From: Selaginella moellendorffii
Taxonomy: Eukaryota > Plantae > Lycopodiophyta
DNA length: 64,000 nt
NCBI RefSeq assembly: GCF_000143415.4
Contig: NW_003314271.1
Coordinates: 496,001 to 560,000, forward strand
Direction of reading: 5' to 3'
Both the position numbers and the translations under genes were made by a program. The notes beneath the pieces are model-generated. The model ran no database searches. It was given only the letters and a program-made list of their open reading frames with translations, and was not told the DNA's origin. This document shows, in pieces, positions 26,660 through 37,925 of the stretch; positions within the stretch are counted from its first letter, which is position 1; each line of letters starts with the position of its first letter.

Positions 26660-27245
26660 TCCCCCCAATATGAATACATGCTTTGGGCTTTCACCTCAGT
26701 CCTAGGAGTTAGTTTCTAGGATAAATTTAAAAACTTAATAAATTAAAATGATGCTAGATTGCAAATTGGGACACGGGAATAACACCATAGTGTTTAGAAT
26801 ATTTTCTACATTCTATAAATATGCTTCTCGAGCATATCTAGACACTTACTATAAAAGAACCAAAACAGAATCAATACATGGGGCATGATAGCCAAGGTGT
26901 CTAGTGGATACAATAAATTTTCACTAGTGATATTAAGGGACTAGGCTCAATATTGTGGGGGTTATCAACACTAGCAATTGTAAGCTAACAATATAAGTTT
27001 GTCATCATTATATTAAGGATGTTTGACATATGTTGAATATACTTGACTTAGTGACAACTTAAAATTTCCTTCCTTTGTGCCCTTTCAGTCTAAATGCATA
27101 CGTGTTGGCTAGCTTCTTAACTAGCTTAGATGAAGACTAATAAAAGGAACCATTAGTACCAATCTTCTGTCATTATAATAGTAAGAGAGTGTCTATAGGA
27201 TTGCTTAGCAAATATCTTTTGATACCCAAAGTCATATTCGCGATA
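26660..27245 (-). repeat. Inverted, degenerate family-1 LTR fragment
   Basis: Reverse complement starts TATCGCGAATATGACTTTGGGTATCAAAAG (vs TGTCGCGAATGTGACTTCGGGTATCAAAAG) and includes GGTGAAAGCCCAAAGC; left boundary approximate. Confidence 0.8.
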
Positions 27246-27425
27246 TTTAGTGATCACTTGTTGAGCATAATTATGTCATGCTTAGATTTTAGATTGATGT
27301 AAATATACTTTTCATTAATTTTTGCATTATGAAGTTTTTGTAAGGAACCAATTCCCCAATGTATCATAGAATAAAGGAACCCTAAAATCATGACCAGAAT
27401 GATAAACAATTCATCAGATGAAACT

Positions 27426-27511
27426 GAGTCTAAGATCGAGTCCGAGACCGACTCTGAGACCAAGTTTGAGACCGAGTTCGAGATCGAGTCTGAGACCGAC
27501 TTTGAGACGAG
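27426..27511 (+). repeat. 12-bp tandem repeat (GAGTCCGAGACC-like) in the chromovirus LTR; second array at ~34389-34490
   Basis: About 7-8 degenerate units in each LTR. Confidence 0.8.
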
Positions 27512-27584
27512 TGCAAAACTAAGTCCGGACTGCTGTAGATTGTTCCAAAAGTATAGTAGGGATAGTGAGGTTTAGGAACCAATC

Positions 27585-28176
27585 TGTAAGCTCCTGAATT
27601 TGGACTTCCCGGGAGGTTACCCAAGGACACTTAACCCCAAATATCCCAAGATGTTTAACCGATTGGAAAAGGGGGTGCACTCTTGTTCATGGGCCCTTTC
27701 CCTCTATATTTGAACACTATGGACCGTCTCTCGAGTCGTTTTCTTTGGTTGCTTACAATCCAACACGCTTCCCTGCAAGTTCACGCCCTCGTGAACGGAA
27801 GCTGAGAGCCGCAGCTCTCCTGAGAGCCGCAGCTCTCCTGAGAGCCCTGCTCTCTTGACACCCTACCCCTCGGGTCAAGCCCAGCGGGAGCAAACTGGAC
27901 CAGCCAGATGTCAATCAACATGTGGTGTAATTCCCCTAGCCAACTAATAGAGTCAGACCCGAAACTTGGCTCTAATACCAAATGTAAGCTCCTGAATTTG
28001 GACTTCCCCAGAGGTCACCCAGCACAGTACTATTCAAACCCAAGGACACTTAACCCCAAATATCCCAAGACCCTTAACCAATTGGAAAAGGGGGTGTACT
28101 CTTGTTCATGAGCCCTTTCCTTCTATATTTGAACCCTATGGACCGTCTCTCGAATCGTTCTCTTTGGTTGCTTATA
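27585..28176 (-). mobile_element. Cassandra-type TRIM (592 bp) with 5S rRNA-derived segment in its LTRs, nested in the chromovirus 5' LTR
   Basis: LTRs 27983-28176 (5') and 27585-27757 (3'); CAATC TSD on both sides; minus-strand PBS TGGTATTAGAGCC; minus strand of 28000-28054 matches recalled plant 5S rRNA internal-promoter region at ~44/55 nt. Confidence 0.9.
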
Positions 28177-28849
28177 CAATCTTGAAGGAACTCTTTAGTG
28201 GTGCTTCTAAATTGACTTGAAGTTGAGACTGTAACTTATACACCTTGAGTGGGAGTGAGCATGGACTCGGGTGGTGCCAAATGGGCCACTTAAGGAAGTG
28301 CTCAAGAGCAACTCCAGAAGGGAAACTAACTATGGTGCTCCCAACTCAAATAGAGTGGTGCCCCACTTGAGTACCTTGCAACTCATTAGTCCTCACCCTA
28401 TCCTAGGGGCTTAAGCCTTCCCTTCGAGATGAAAACGGGGGAGTAGGGGTACCCATACTAGGTTGTTAGGCCACAGTGTTTCCCCCCGGTGTCCTGAAGC
28501 AAGTGTTACACCCAAGGTTTGAGATTTAGAGGGTCCTATAATCAAGTCTTGTTGTACTAAGGGATATTAGGAACTTAAAGGCTTAATGTGCTTGGCTTCT
28601 TATGCCTGTGGGGAGTGTAGCTAAACTTTAAATCCAATTTAACCTAGGGAGGGGGATTAGGAGAGAATTTTAGAATCTATAAATGGATGGCTAAAGCTCT
28701 GTTGCTTATGAAGTGAGTTGCTAAACCTAAGTAGGAGTTGGTATAATAAGTGGAAACTTTGGCGAGGGGACTTAATTAAGGCCAAGGCAATGGTAGTTAG
28801 TTAGGCAAGGTAAGCTGGCAAATTGGAAAGGAAAAATTTGTGGCTTACA

Positions 28850-29247
28850 ATTTAGTATGAGAATAATCCTATGTTTAACTCTATTAGTTGGCTTAAAGGA
28901 ATCACACCACATATTGATTGACATTTGGTAGGTCTAATTTGCTTTGATTGTGTTTGACCCAAGGGGTAGGGTGTCAAGAGAGTAAAGCTCTCAGAAAAAC
29001 TATGGCTCTTAGCTTCCGTTCAAGAGGGCATGAACTTGTAGGGAAATGTAGTAAATTGCAAGCAATCAAAGAGAACAACTTGAGAGACAATCCATAAGGT
29101 TCAAATATAGAGGGAAAGGGCCCATAATTAAAAGTGCACCCCCTTTTTTAATTGGTTAAGGGTCTTAAGACACTTGGTAAATGTCCTTGGGTTTGAATAG
29201 TACTATATTGAGTGACTTTTTAAGAAATCTAAATCCAAAAACTTACA
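28850..29247 (+). mobile_element. Second, more diverged Cassandra unit (PBS + internal region + one 5S-type LTR at 29057-29247) fused between the chromovirus 5' LTR and gag
   Basis: Colinear with the reverse complement of 27585-27982 (ACTCTATTAGTTGGCT, GGGGTAGGGTGTCAAGAGAG, GTCCTTGGGTTTGAATAGTACT); followed by a second PBS-like TTTGGTGCT. Confidence 0.85.
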
Positions 29248-29300
29248 ATTTGGTGCTTTTTCCTTAGTTCAAGTGAAGGATAAAAGTGGATTGCTAGGAG

Positions 29301-32300
29301 ATGGCTAAGGCATGGCATAAAAGAACTAAAATAGATACGAAACCTCCTCCAAAGCTGGAGCATCCAATCAAACAAGAAGCTATGGATGAGGAATCTTTAT
29401 ATGAAGAAGACTCTAGTGAGAAAACTTCCAAACAAGTGTTTAGTGATAAGGTTCGGTCATCCAAGGCTTAATTGAATGTTCTAGAAGGATAGGAGTCCAG
29501 TGGTGAGATTCGATTGTCCAAAGCTTGATTGAATGTTTTAGAAGAACAGTTAGCATAGACCAATGCCCTGTTGGAGACCCTCATATGCAAGTTAAAGCAT
29601 AATGAGAAGCGGAAGAAAAAACAAAATACATAGAAAGTGTGGACCCTTTGGCGGAGATTGAGGTGAAACCAAACAAGGTCAAACAAACCAAAATGGAATC
29701 AATCCCTCAAATAGTTCCCAAGTACAAACTAAAGCTCCTATTAGTCTTCAAGGGAGTGAATGAGTATAATATAGTGGAGAATTAATTTTACAATATGGAA
29801 GATTACTTCTAAGCATTGCAATTAAGAAGGTCATATATGCAAAACTATATGGCAAATAATGCTAAGTCTTTGTGGAGAACAATAGAGGCTAATGAAGGAC
29901 TAGTGGCCATTTAGGAAATTATAAAAGCAAGGATTTGTATAACCTACATTCTACTAAATGATACTTTACATCTAAAGGATAAGCTGAGTAGGTTGAAGCA
30001 AATAGGAACTATTTAAGAGTATGTGAATGCTTTTGTAGCAAAGAGGATCTTTATCACAGACATAGGCAATATGGATGCGTTCCATGCCTTCATATCAAGC
30101 TTACAAACCTGGGCTCGACGCGAAGTGATGCATTGAAATCTGACCAACTATAAGGAAGTATTGGATGTAGCTATTAAGGTGCATTTCAATGATAGCCTAC
30201 AAAAAGAGAACACAACGGGTCGGGATCCATGCTTAACAAAGGAACAAAACCAAAGGGGATATATGGCAAAAGGAAATTCAAAAAGAATTTCTTTAAGAAT
30301 GAGTCCTCAGGGTTTCAGAAAGGCAAATCTGGTGGCCAATGAGTAAATATGTGGAGGAATCAAACAAAAAGGGATAAACCCACTAATAAAAAGGTCAAGT
30401 CTGCTAGTAGCATGAAAAATAACATATGCTTCAACTACGATGAAACAAGACACTTTTCGAGAAAATATCCCTACCTGAAGAAGGCTAAAGTCAATATGGC
30501 TATCAAGTCAAGTGAAATCCAAACTGAGGTACATGATCCAATCCCTATCTCAAAGTTACTCATTACACGAACAACTTTGGTAGAGAGTCCTTTGTGACAT
30601 CTACTAGGGAAGCTCAGAAGTAGCTTTGTTAAGATCCTTATTGACATAGGTGTTTTAGATAATTTTGTGGCTGCAGACATAGTCTGGTAAGCTGGACTAA
30701 TGATGCAATGATTGGGTGAACCAAGGATTATAGAGTTTGTTCAAGGTAACTAAAGCATCAATAAAATATTTCGATAAGCAAAAATCAAAGTAGAGACATG
30801 GAAAGTAGACATGGATTTCACTGTATTGGATATGATAGGGTTTGATGTGATTTTTGGGATGGATTGATTCAATCAATTTGTGGTAGCTTTGAATGAATAA
30901 AGTAAAAACCTTGTGGTACTGACAGAGTTCCTCGACTGTNNNNNNNNNNNNNNNNNNNNNNNNNNNNNNNNNNNNNNNNNNNNNNNNNNNNNNNNNNNNN
31001 NNNNNNNNNNNNNNNNNNNNNNNNNNNNNNNNNNNNNNNGAGCTAGTCGAGCGTGCTAAGGTGGTGGTTCATCCCTGCTATTAGGTGAATGAAAAAGAAC
31101 TTAAGGAGCTCAAGCACCAACTTGAAGAGTTGGTGGATAAAGGGTATATTGGATTAAGCAAATTGTTTTATAGGGCACTAATGTTATTTATGAAAAAGAA
31201 AGATGGCTTTATACATATGTGCATAGACTACTGGTTGCTCAACAAAGAAGAACAAATACCATTTACCAAGGATTGAGGACCTATTCAATAGGTTAAGAAT
31301 GGCAAATTATTTCTCGAGGATGACCTAAGCTCAGGATACTATTAAATCATGGTAGCAAAGGAAAATGTCAAGAAGACAATCTATCTAACAAGATATGGAA
31401 GATTTTAGTTTCTGGTGATGCCCTTTAGGTTGTGCAATGCATTAGTGACATTCTTAGTGCTGATGAACCACATTTTTGTACCCTACCTGGATCATTTCGT
31501 GATTGTTTACATTGACGACATCTTGATATATAATGAGACACTAGAGAAGCATGCCGAACACTTGACGAAGGTGTTTAAGAAACTAAAGAAACACAAGTTG
31601 TTGCTAAAGAGAGCAAATGTGATTTTTCTCAATAAGAGGGAAAGTTTCTCGGGCATGTGGTGGGCAAGGATGGGCTCAAGGTGGACATTGAGAAGGTCAA
31701 AGTGATCCAAGAATGGAAATAACTATTAAATATACATTAAGGGCATTTTTGAGGTTATATAATTACTTTATCAAACACTATTTGAGAGTAGCCCTACCTT
31801 TAACAAACTAAATGGGAAAAGAGAAGATGGTATGGATAGCAGAATGTGAAGCGGCATTTGTCCACCTCAAAGAGAAATTGAGAAAAACTCCTATGTTGGC
31901 ATTACTAGACTTTGGTAATGACTTCAAGGTAGAAACAAACGCTTCAGAGTTTGTGTTAGGCATAGTTTGGAAGCAAAACAACCACCCAGTGGCATTATTC
32001 TTGAAGAAGTTGGACAAGGCTCAGCAAAAGTGGCTTGCCCATGAAAAAAAACTGTTTGCAATGGTCAAAGTGCTTAAAAAGTGGCAACATTACCTTGGGA
32101 GGCACTTCAAAGTTTACATGGATAATATGGCAACAAAACAATTCTTGTCATAGCTCAACTTACAAGGAAACAGGGCTAATAACCCAATGCTTTGGCCAAG
32201 TTTGATTGTGAGATTCTGTATAAACTTGGAAAGAGCAATATCATGGAAGATGCTTTAAGTCGAAAAGAAAGCTTAAAGTTGGCAATATCCAACGCAACAA

Positions 32301-33870
32301 TAACCTTTTAGGATGATGTGGGGATAATATATGAGAACGATGATCTAGCACAAGTGTTGCTAAAGAACCAAGAGGCATGGGATGCTCACCAAAGAGGCGA
32401 GCCACCTATGGAAGAGAAGACAGATTATATAGAACACAAAAGATTCATCTATTATAAATAAATAAAAGTGTATATTCCACAAGGGGAACTAAGGAAGGTA
32501 GCCTTAGAAGAGTGTCATGATAAACCTCTTACAGGACATAGCGGTGTGCCCAAAACGATGGGCTTACTCAAAAGAAAATATCATTGGCCAAACATGGCTA
32601 AGGATATTTAAGACTATATAAAGATATGTCTAACATATCAACAAGTTAAAGCCATAATTAAAGCTAGTGGGGGCTTGTTACAAAGCCTTCCAATTCCAAA
32701 TCATCCTTGGAAATGTTTTACAATGGACTTCATTACAAAACTATTCTTGAGTGAAGGGTTTGATGTGATATTTGTGGTGGTGGACTAGTTTTTGAAGATG
32801 GCACATTTTATACTCACCACAACAAAAGTGGATGTGGAAGGTGTGGCAAAACTGTTGTTTGAACAAATGATATGAGTGCGAGGAAGGCCAAAAGAGATTA
32901 TCTCAAATCAAGATAAGATCTTCACCAATAGGTTCTAAAGGACTCTCTTGAAACAATATCTCACCAAGTTGAAATTCAGCATAGCCTATCACCCACAGAC
33001 AAGTATTGGGTATTTAATCAAGTTTGATGGCAATAACACTTCTTGACATATGGGCAAATAGAAATGTGAATAAGCAATTGGAGGATTATTTACGAATGCT
33101 ATTTCTTTGGAGACCAGATAGATTGGGTAAGTCATTTGGGACTTGCGGAAATGTGCTATAACAACTCACCACATTCGAATATCGAGGTGAGTCCATGGGA
33201 AGTCATCAATGGGTGAGTTATTGAATGTCTTGTGGAACTCGGCATTGCCGAGTATCATGAAGAGTTACTTGCAATGGAGGCATTCATAACAGAAAGACTC
33301 AACATTTGGAATTTAGTGAGGGATTCTTTAGAATGAGCTCAACAAAGACAAACTAAATATACGAACTAAAAGCGTTAGGATGTAGAGTTCTAACCTAGGG
33401 ATAAGGTGTGGCTGAACACTAAAAACCTAAATTTAGCAAGTGGGATTAGCCGAAGTTGACCCAAAGGTAAAATGCATGTATTTCTGAAAATGAATTAATC
33501 TTGAGTTCTTTAAGCAAGTTTGCAGGGACTTATAAGATTGAGGCTCAAATCTGTAAAGTGGCTTACCGCCTCCGACTTTCTTGAGAGATGGGGAAGATGC
33601 ACCTTGTGTTCCACGTAAACTTACTCAAGCTATACTTTAAGGATCCATTTTATAAAGACCAAGTAAGACCTTTATCTGAGGTTTTCCAAGGGGAAGAAGA
33701 ATACGAAGTCAAGGCCATCCTCAATACGCACAAAAGCAAGTGACAAGGATATGAGATGAGAGAATTCCATGTGAAGTGGAAAAGATTTTCACACTACAAA
33801 GCAACATGGGAACTAAAGATGAACCTAGCGAATGTGTGAGTTTTAGTAAAGGAATTTTTGCAAAGTAGAA
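29301..33870 (+). pseudogene. gag-pol of the chromovirus (gag, Zn knuckle, PR, RT, RNase H, IN, chromodomain) with many stops and frameshifts
   Basis: CFNYDETRHFSRKYP (degenerate CCHC); KILIDIGVLDNFV (protease); MPFRLCNA and YIDDILIY (RT); VETNASEF..HEKKLFAMV (RNase H); EECHDKPLTGHSG (IN); EEEYEVKAIL..FHVKWK (chromodomain). Confidence 0.92.
30940..31039. other. Assembly gap (100 N)
   Basis: Run of N between protease and RT. Confidence 1.
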
Positions 33871-35569
33871 CTCTATGTACTTATACAAAATTCAATTAAA
33901 GTATCTATTTGTGAAATTGAGCAATATCATATATTGGGACCCGAAGCATGCTGAAGGTAAGCTAATTAGCATAGGTTTAGCTGGGTCAACCAGGCTTAAG
34001 GAGCTACACCCAACTTCCTAAGGGGGAGGTCAAATCTATAGATGTATTTTATGGAGGTTGGGTTAAAGTTCCAACCTTCTAGTAAAGCAAGGCTAAGTTC
34101 AAGTCCCAACCTTATACTAGAGTGTGGTGAGGTGAGGGGTATAGTGACACTTATACCCCGTTGTCATAAGCTCTTAGCTAGGGAGGCTGATTTAAGCACA
34201 CCACTAAGTGGGGGGATGCTTCTAGAAACATGGTCAATAAGTCATAGGATTAATCATTGGATTTGATGTGAGTATTGAACTTTTTCTATAGGTGGTGGAG
34301 TTGTAAGGAACCAACTCCCAGAGATGTTATAGACTAAAGGAACCCTAAAATCACAACTGGAATGATAAAGAGTTCATCGGATGAGACTGAGTTCAAGGCC
34401 GAGTCCGAGATCGAGTCTAAAATAGATTCTAAGATCGAGTTCTAGACCGAGTTCGAGATCGAGCCCGAAACAGAGTTCGAGGCCAAGTTCAAATACTAAT
34501 ATAGGTCATAGGGTGAAAGCCCAAAGCATGTACTCTTGATTGCAGTACTCCCAGCTCATATAGAATCATGCTTTACTTGAGTACCTTATAGTTTATTGGT
34601 CCTCACCCCATTCTAAAGGCTTGGGCTTTCCCTTCATGATGAAAGTGGGGGAGTATAGGTATTTATACTAAATTTTTAGGTTATAATGTTTCCCTTCGGT
34701 GTCCCGAAGCAAGTGTTACACTCGAGGCTTAGGATTTAAAGGGTCTTATGATCAAATCTTGTTGTACTAAGGGATGTTAAGAACCTAGAGGCTTGGTGTG
34801 CTTGGCTTCTTGTGCTATGAGGAGTGTAGCCGAACCTTAAATCCAATCTAACCCAGGGAGGGGAATTGAGAGAGAATTTAAGAATCTATGGATGGATGGC
34901 TAACACTTTGTTGCTCATGCAGTGAGTTGCTAAAATTAAATAGGACCAAGTAAGAACTGGTACAATAGGTGGGAACCTTAGCAAAGGAATTTAACTAAGG
35001 CCAAGATAGTGGTAGTCAAATAAGTGAGATAAGCTGGTAAATTGGAAAGGAAAAGTTTATAACTTACAATTTTCTTATAGATATGTTAAGGAAATATTGT
35101 GGATCATACCATAAATTTTTCTTTAGAATTAAATTAATCAATATAAAACTTATAATCATTGTTATATAAAACTTGGCTATTACCTTCTTTGAGCTTTTGG
35201 TTTTTTGAGTTATTATATTTATTATTCCATTTGTTAAGAGTTGTCAAGGAAGGCATTGATACTTTATAGTATCTACCAGATACAGTCGTTATTATGCTCT
35301 ATATATTGGTCTTATTTTGATCCTATTGACTATTTATGGAAGGTGTCTTCCAATTTATATGTTAGTCTTTGGGATTAGGATTCTAGATGCTTTAGAATTG
35401 TTTCAATATTACTCTATGCTCTTGTTTTTTCATTCATTGGTTGTATGCTTAAGAGTCCAATTCCATCTTGTTATTCCATGGTATAAAGTTTTAAAACTTG
35501 GGCCTTGCTCCATTGCTCTTGGCAGACATATCCAAAGGTTAGATTTATCTTCATAGTTATTCTATAGTA

Positions 35570-37050
35570 AATCACTATAAAGTACAAAATGAAAACCACA
35601 TGCATTATAGGTACTAATATTGTGCTAATTTCCAATGTCTGCAAGAGTTCAACTATGAATCCATAGACATCATGGGCATTTCTTCATGGGAGCTTGTGTA
35701 TTACATCTTCTAGATGGAAGTGTAGGTCCCTTATGCTCCTGGCTATTGGTATGGTTGGCATATATCCCACCTTCTATAGTTGTTAGATATATATTGTATC
35801 TAGGGTTTCCATCTCTTGCAATAGGACAAGTGTGGGTTTCTTTTTAAATATCTTTTGGGTTGAAGTAAACTTGTCTAGCTTGTTCTACACTAAATGCTTT
35901 GACTTATCACCTCTTGTATGCATGTGCCACTTTCTAGAATTCCCAGTGTATCTATTCTATGCATGGATCAATGTATTTGTATGCTTCTTGGTATAGCCAT
36001 TAGCAAGCCACATTCCACCACCTTTTGACTGGTATTTTTAGGAATCGGCAAAGTCTTCTTTTTGTGTACTTGGCAATAGCTTGTTTGAGTACTTGCACTA
36101 GGAGGTTGGCTTGCTTTCAGATTTGTGTTAAGGGTGATTCTATATTCCATAATGCTTTCACTTCTTCTTGTAGTATTTTTCCTTTGGTTGAGGTAGTCAT
36201 GCCCATGAGTTCAATTCTTAGTGCAATTGTTGCATGCAGACTGTCAGTGCTAGTGACTGGTGATCTGATTTGGCCATGAAATCCAGAAGCTGGAAGTGTG
36301 CCACCATTTTTAGTGTTGCTATGTCACCAATGACATAGTCCGGTGTGCTACTTTTTTGTGTTGGGCTCTGCCCCATTGCCCAGCCTCTTGAGTGGTGTCT
36401 ACTCACACCATGGCACTAGTGTGTGGGAAACTGATTATACTGTTGAAAATCTTCATCTCCAGTTTCTTGCAAAACTCCAGTAGCTTATGCTTGTGCCTGT
36501 CATAGCCGCTCCATAAATCAGTCAGTCTTATGTGTGATTCCCTCTTTTTTGGTGGAGTTTGGTACACCTTTGTCTGACTGTTGAAGTCTCCCACTAGTAG
36601 GAGAGTTGCATGGGTATTCCATGCCCAAATCCTTGTCACAAATGTTTCATATAGGTGCTTTTATTGTTGTGTCTAGTATGGCTAGGGGTGTGATAGACCA
36701 CAAGTGGTTTTTGGAGTTTGGATTTGCATTGTGAGAAAGTGATTGTCCTCATCTTGGTATTGGCATGTGATGGTCGTCCTGAGCTTGTCACACACATACA
36801 TTGTGATGCCTCTATCCCCCTGTCCTGTGCAAGTTATCTTCCAGTGCTAGGTATTGTGGGCTGTCCATCTTGGATACTTTGCAATGCAACATTGCTGGTG
36901 TTCCTAGGGCAACTATATCACTTCACTTCTAATCTTGCAATTGTGGGGGAACCCCCTAATATTCCAATACAATTCAGATATTCCTTTCTACAATGTAGAC
37001 AAGTGACTATAGTGCAATTGATTTGAATTCTGGTGGGTACCTGGTGCCTG
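35570..37050 (-). mobile_element. Decayed LINE (non-LTR retrotransposon) APE-endonuclease region
   Basis: YWNIRG, DIVAL, LLVGDFNS, PDYV and SDHQ motifs in correct order on the minus strand, with frameshifts. Confidence 0.8.
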
Positions 37051-37719
37051 TTTGTGCTTGGGTTCTGACATTATCCCCACTCTCTCACTGCTTGTCCCAT
37101 TTTAGGGATAGATGCTTTCTCGGATTTAGAAAAAGGGGGCTTTTAAATTGAGAAAAATTGCCTCTTATACTAGTTATGGACACTTGGTACTTATTAAATA
37201 TGTAGTTAGAAGTTAAACATAAATAAAACAATCCTTCAAACTTTTAGAATCAACTAATGGTTTAAGCATAATATGGAGTATGGAGCTGGGCACTCGAGGT
37301 CTGATCTTGGCTACCCTACTACCATCCTTTCAAAGTTTGCCCTAGAGAGAGGGCTTTCACCCTTAATGTGAAATAACTAGATAACATAATAGAAATAACT
37401 ATAAATATTTTGAAAACACTAGATTATATATTTTAAATTAATTTACAATAAATATAGATAAAAATCATCAATGTCAAAATTATAATTTATATAATAAAAT
37501 AGTCTCTCTTTTTTTAGTTCAAAGCATAAAGAATCTATCTAGTAAGCATTTTACAAATTATGGAAAGCTTGTAGGGCTCATTGAGGTTCTTATAATATAG
37601 TTTGTTAAATTTTATTTTTCTGATATATTTAATATAAGAAAAAATTTGCTGTGTGTTGCCTGCAACAACGCTTGGTTTTCTTAATTATATTATCATTGAA
37701 TAATCCAATTGATCAATAA

Positions 37720-37925
37720 TTATAAACATGTTTATAATTTGTAAATCAAGATTAATCTTATTGCATATTAACCATTAAATGGTAGAATAAAAAAGAATAT
37801 ACTAGGAAGTGTTTAGGAAAGTTTATAAATTATAAACGTGTTTATAAATTATAAATACAAGATTAATATAAATTAATAACAACCGTTAGATGGTAGAATA
37901 TCATAGAATATCTAGGCATATTCTA
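37720..37925. repeat. ~110-bp imperfect tandem duplication in AT-rich spacer
   Basis: TTATAAAC(A/G)TGTTTATAA..CAAGATTAAT..AACC(A/G)TTA(A/G)ATGGTAGAATA occurs twice. Confidence 0.6.

Larger units (their letters stand above)
27339..35068 (+). mobile_element. Ty3/Gypsy chromovirus, decayed, with chimeric 5' region
   Basis: LTRs 27339-28849 (interrupted by the TRIM) and 34302-35068, both TGTAAG...CTTACA; TSD GTTTT/ATTTT; host sequence is contiguous across it; PPT-like GGTGGTGGAG before the 3' LTR. Confidence 0.88.
24920..35560 (+). mobile_element. Older degenerate family-1 copy (LTR fragment + internal region) that hosts later insertions
   Basis: 24920-24990 resembles LTR 17210-17300; 25130-26480 resembles 18170-19600; 27246-27338 resembles 20181-20275 and resumes at 35069 (matching 20276 onward) after the chromovirus. 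Confidence 0.8.

Noticed and set aside
27390-27575. Acidic ORF ETESKIESETDS..., or a CRISPR-like array
   Set aside because: By-product of a 12-bp LTR tandem repeat; no spacers, and the context is eukaryotic.
28000-28054. 5S rRNA gene
   Set aside because: Only the internal-promoter part is present, embedded in an LTR; no 5' half and no T-run terminator.
37345-37382. Helitron 3' end (small hairpin then CTAG)
   Set aside because: CTAG is followed by A rather than T, no 5' end is identifiable, and the hairpin is the reverse complement of the LTR motif.
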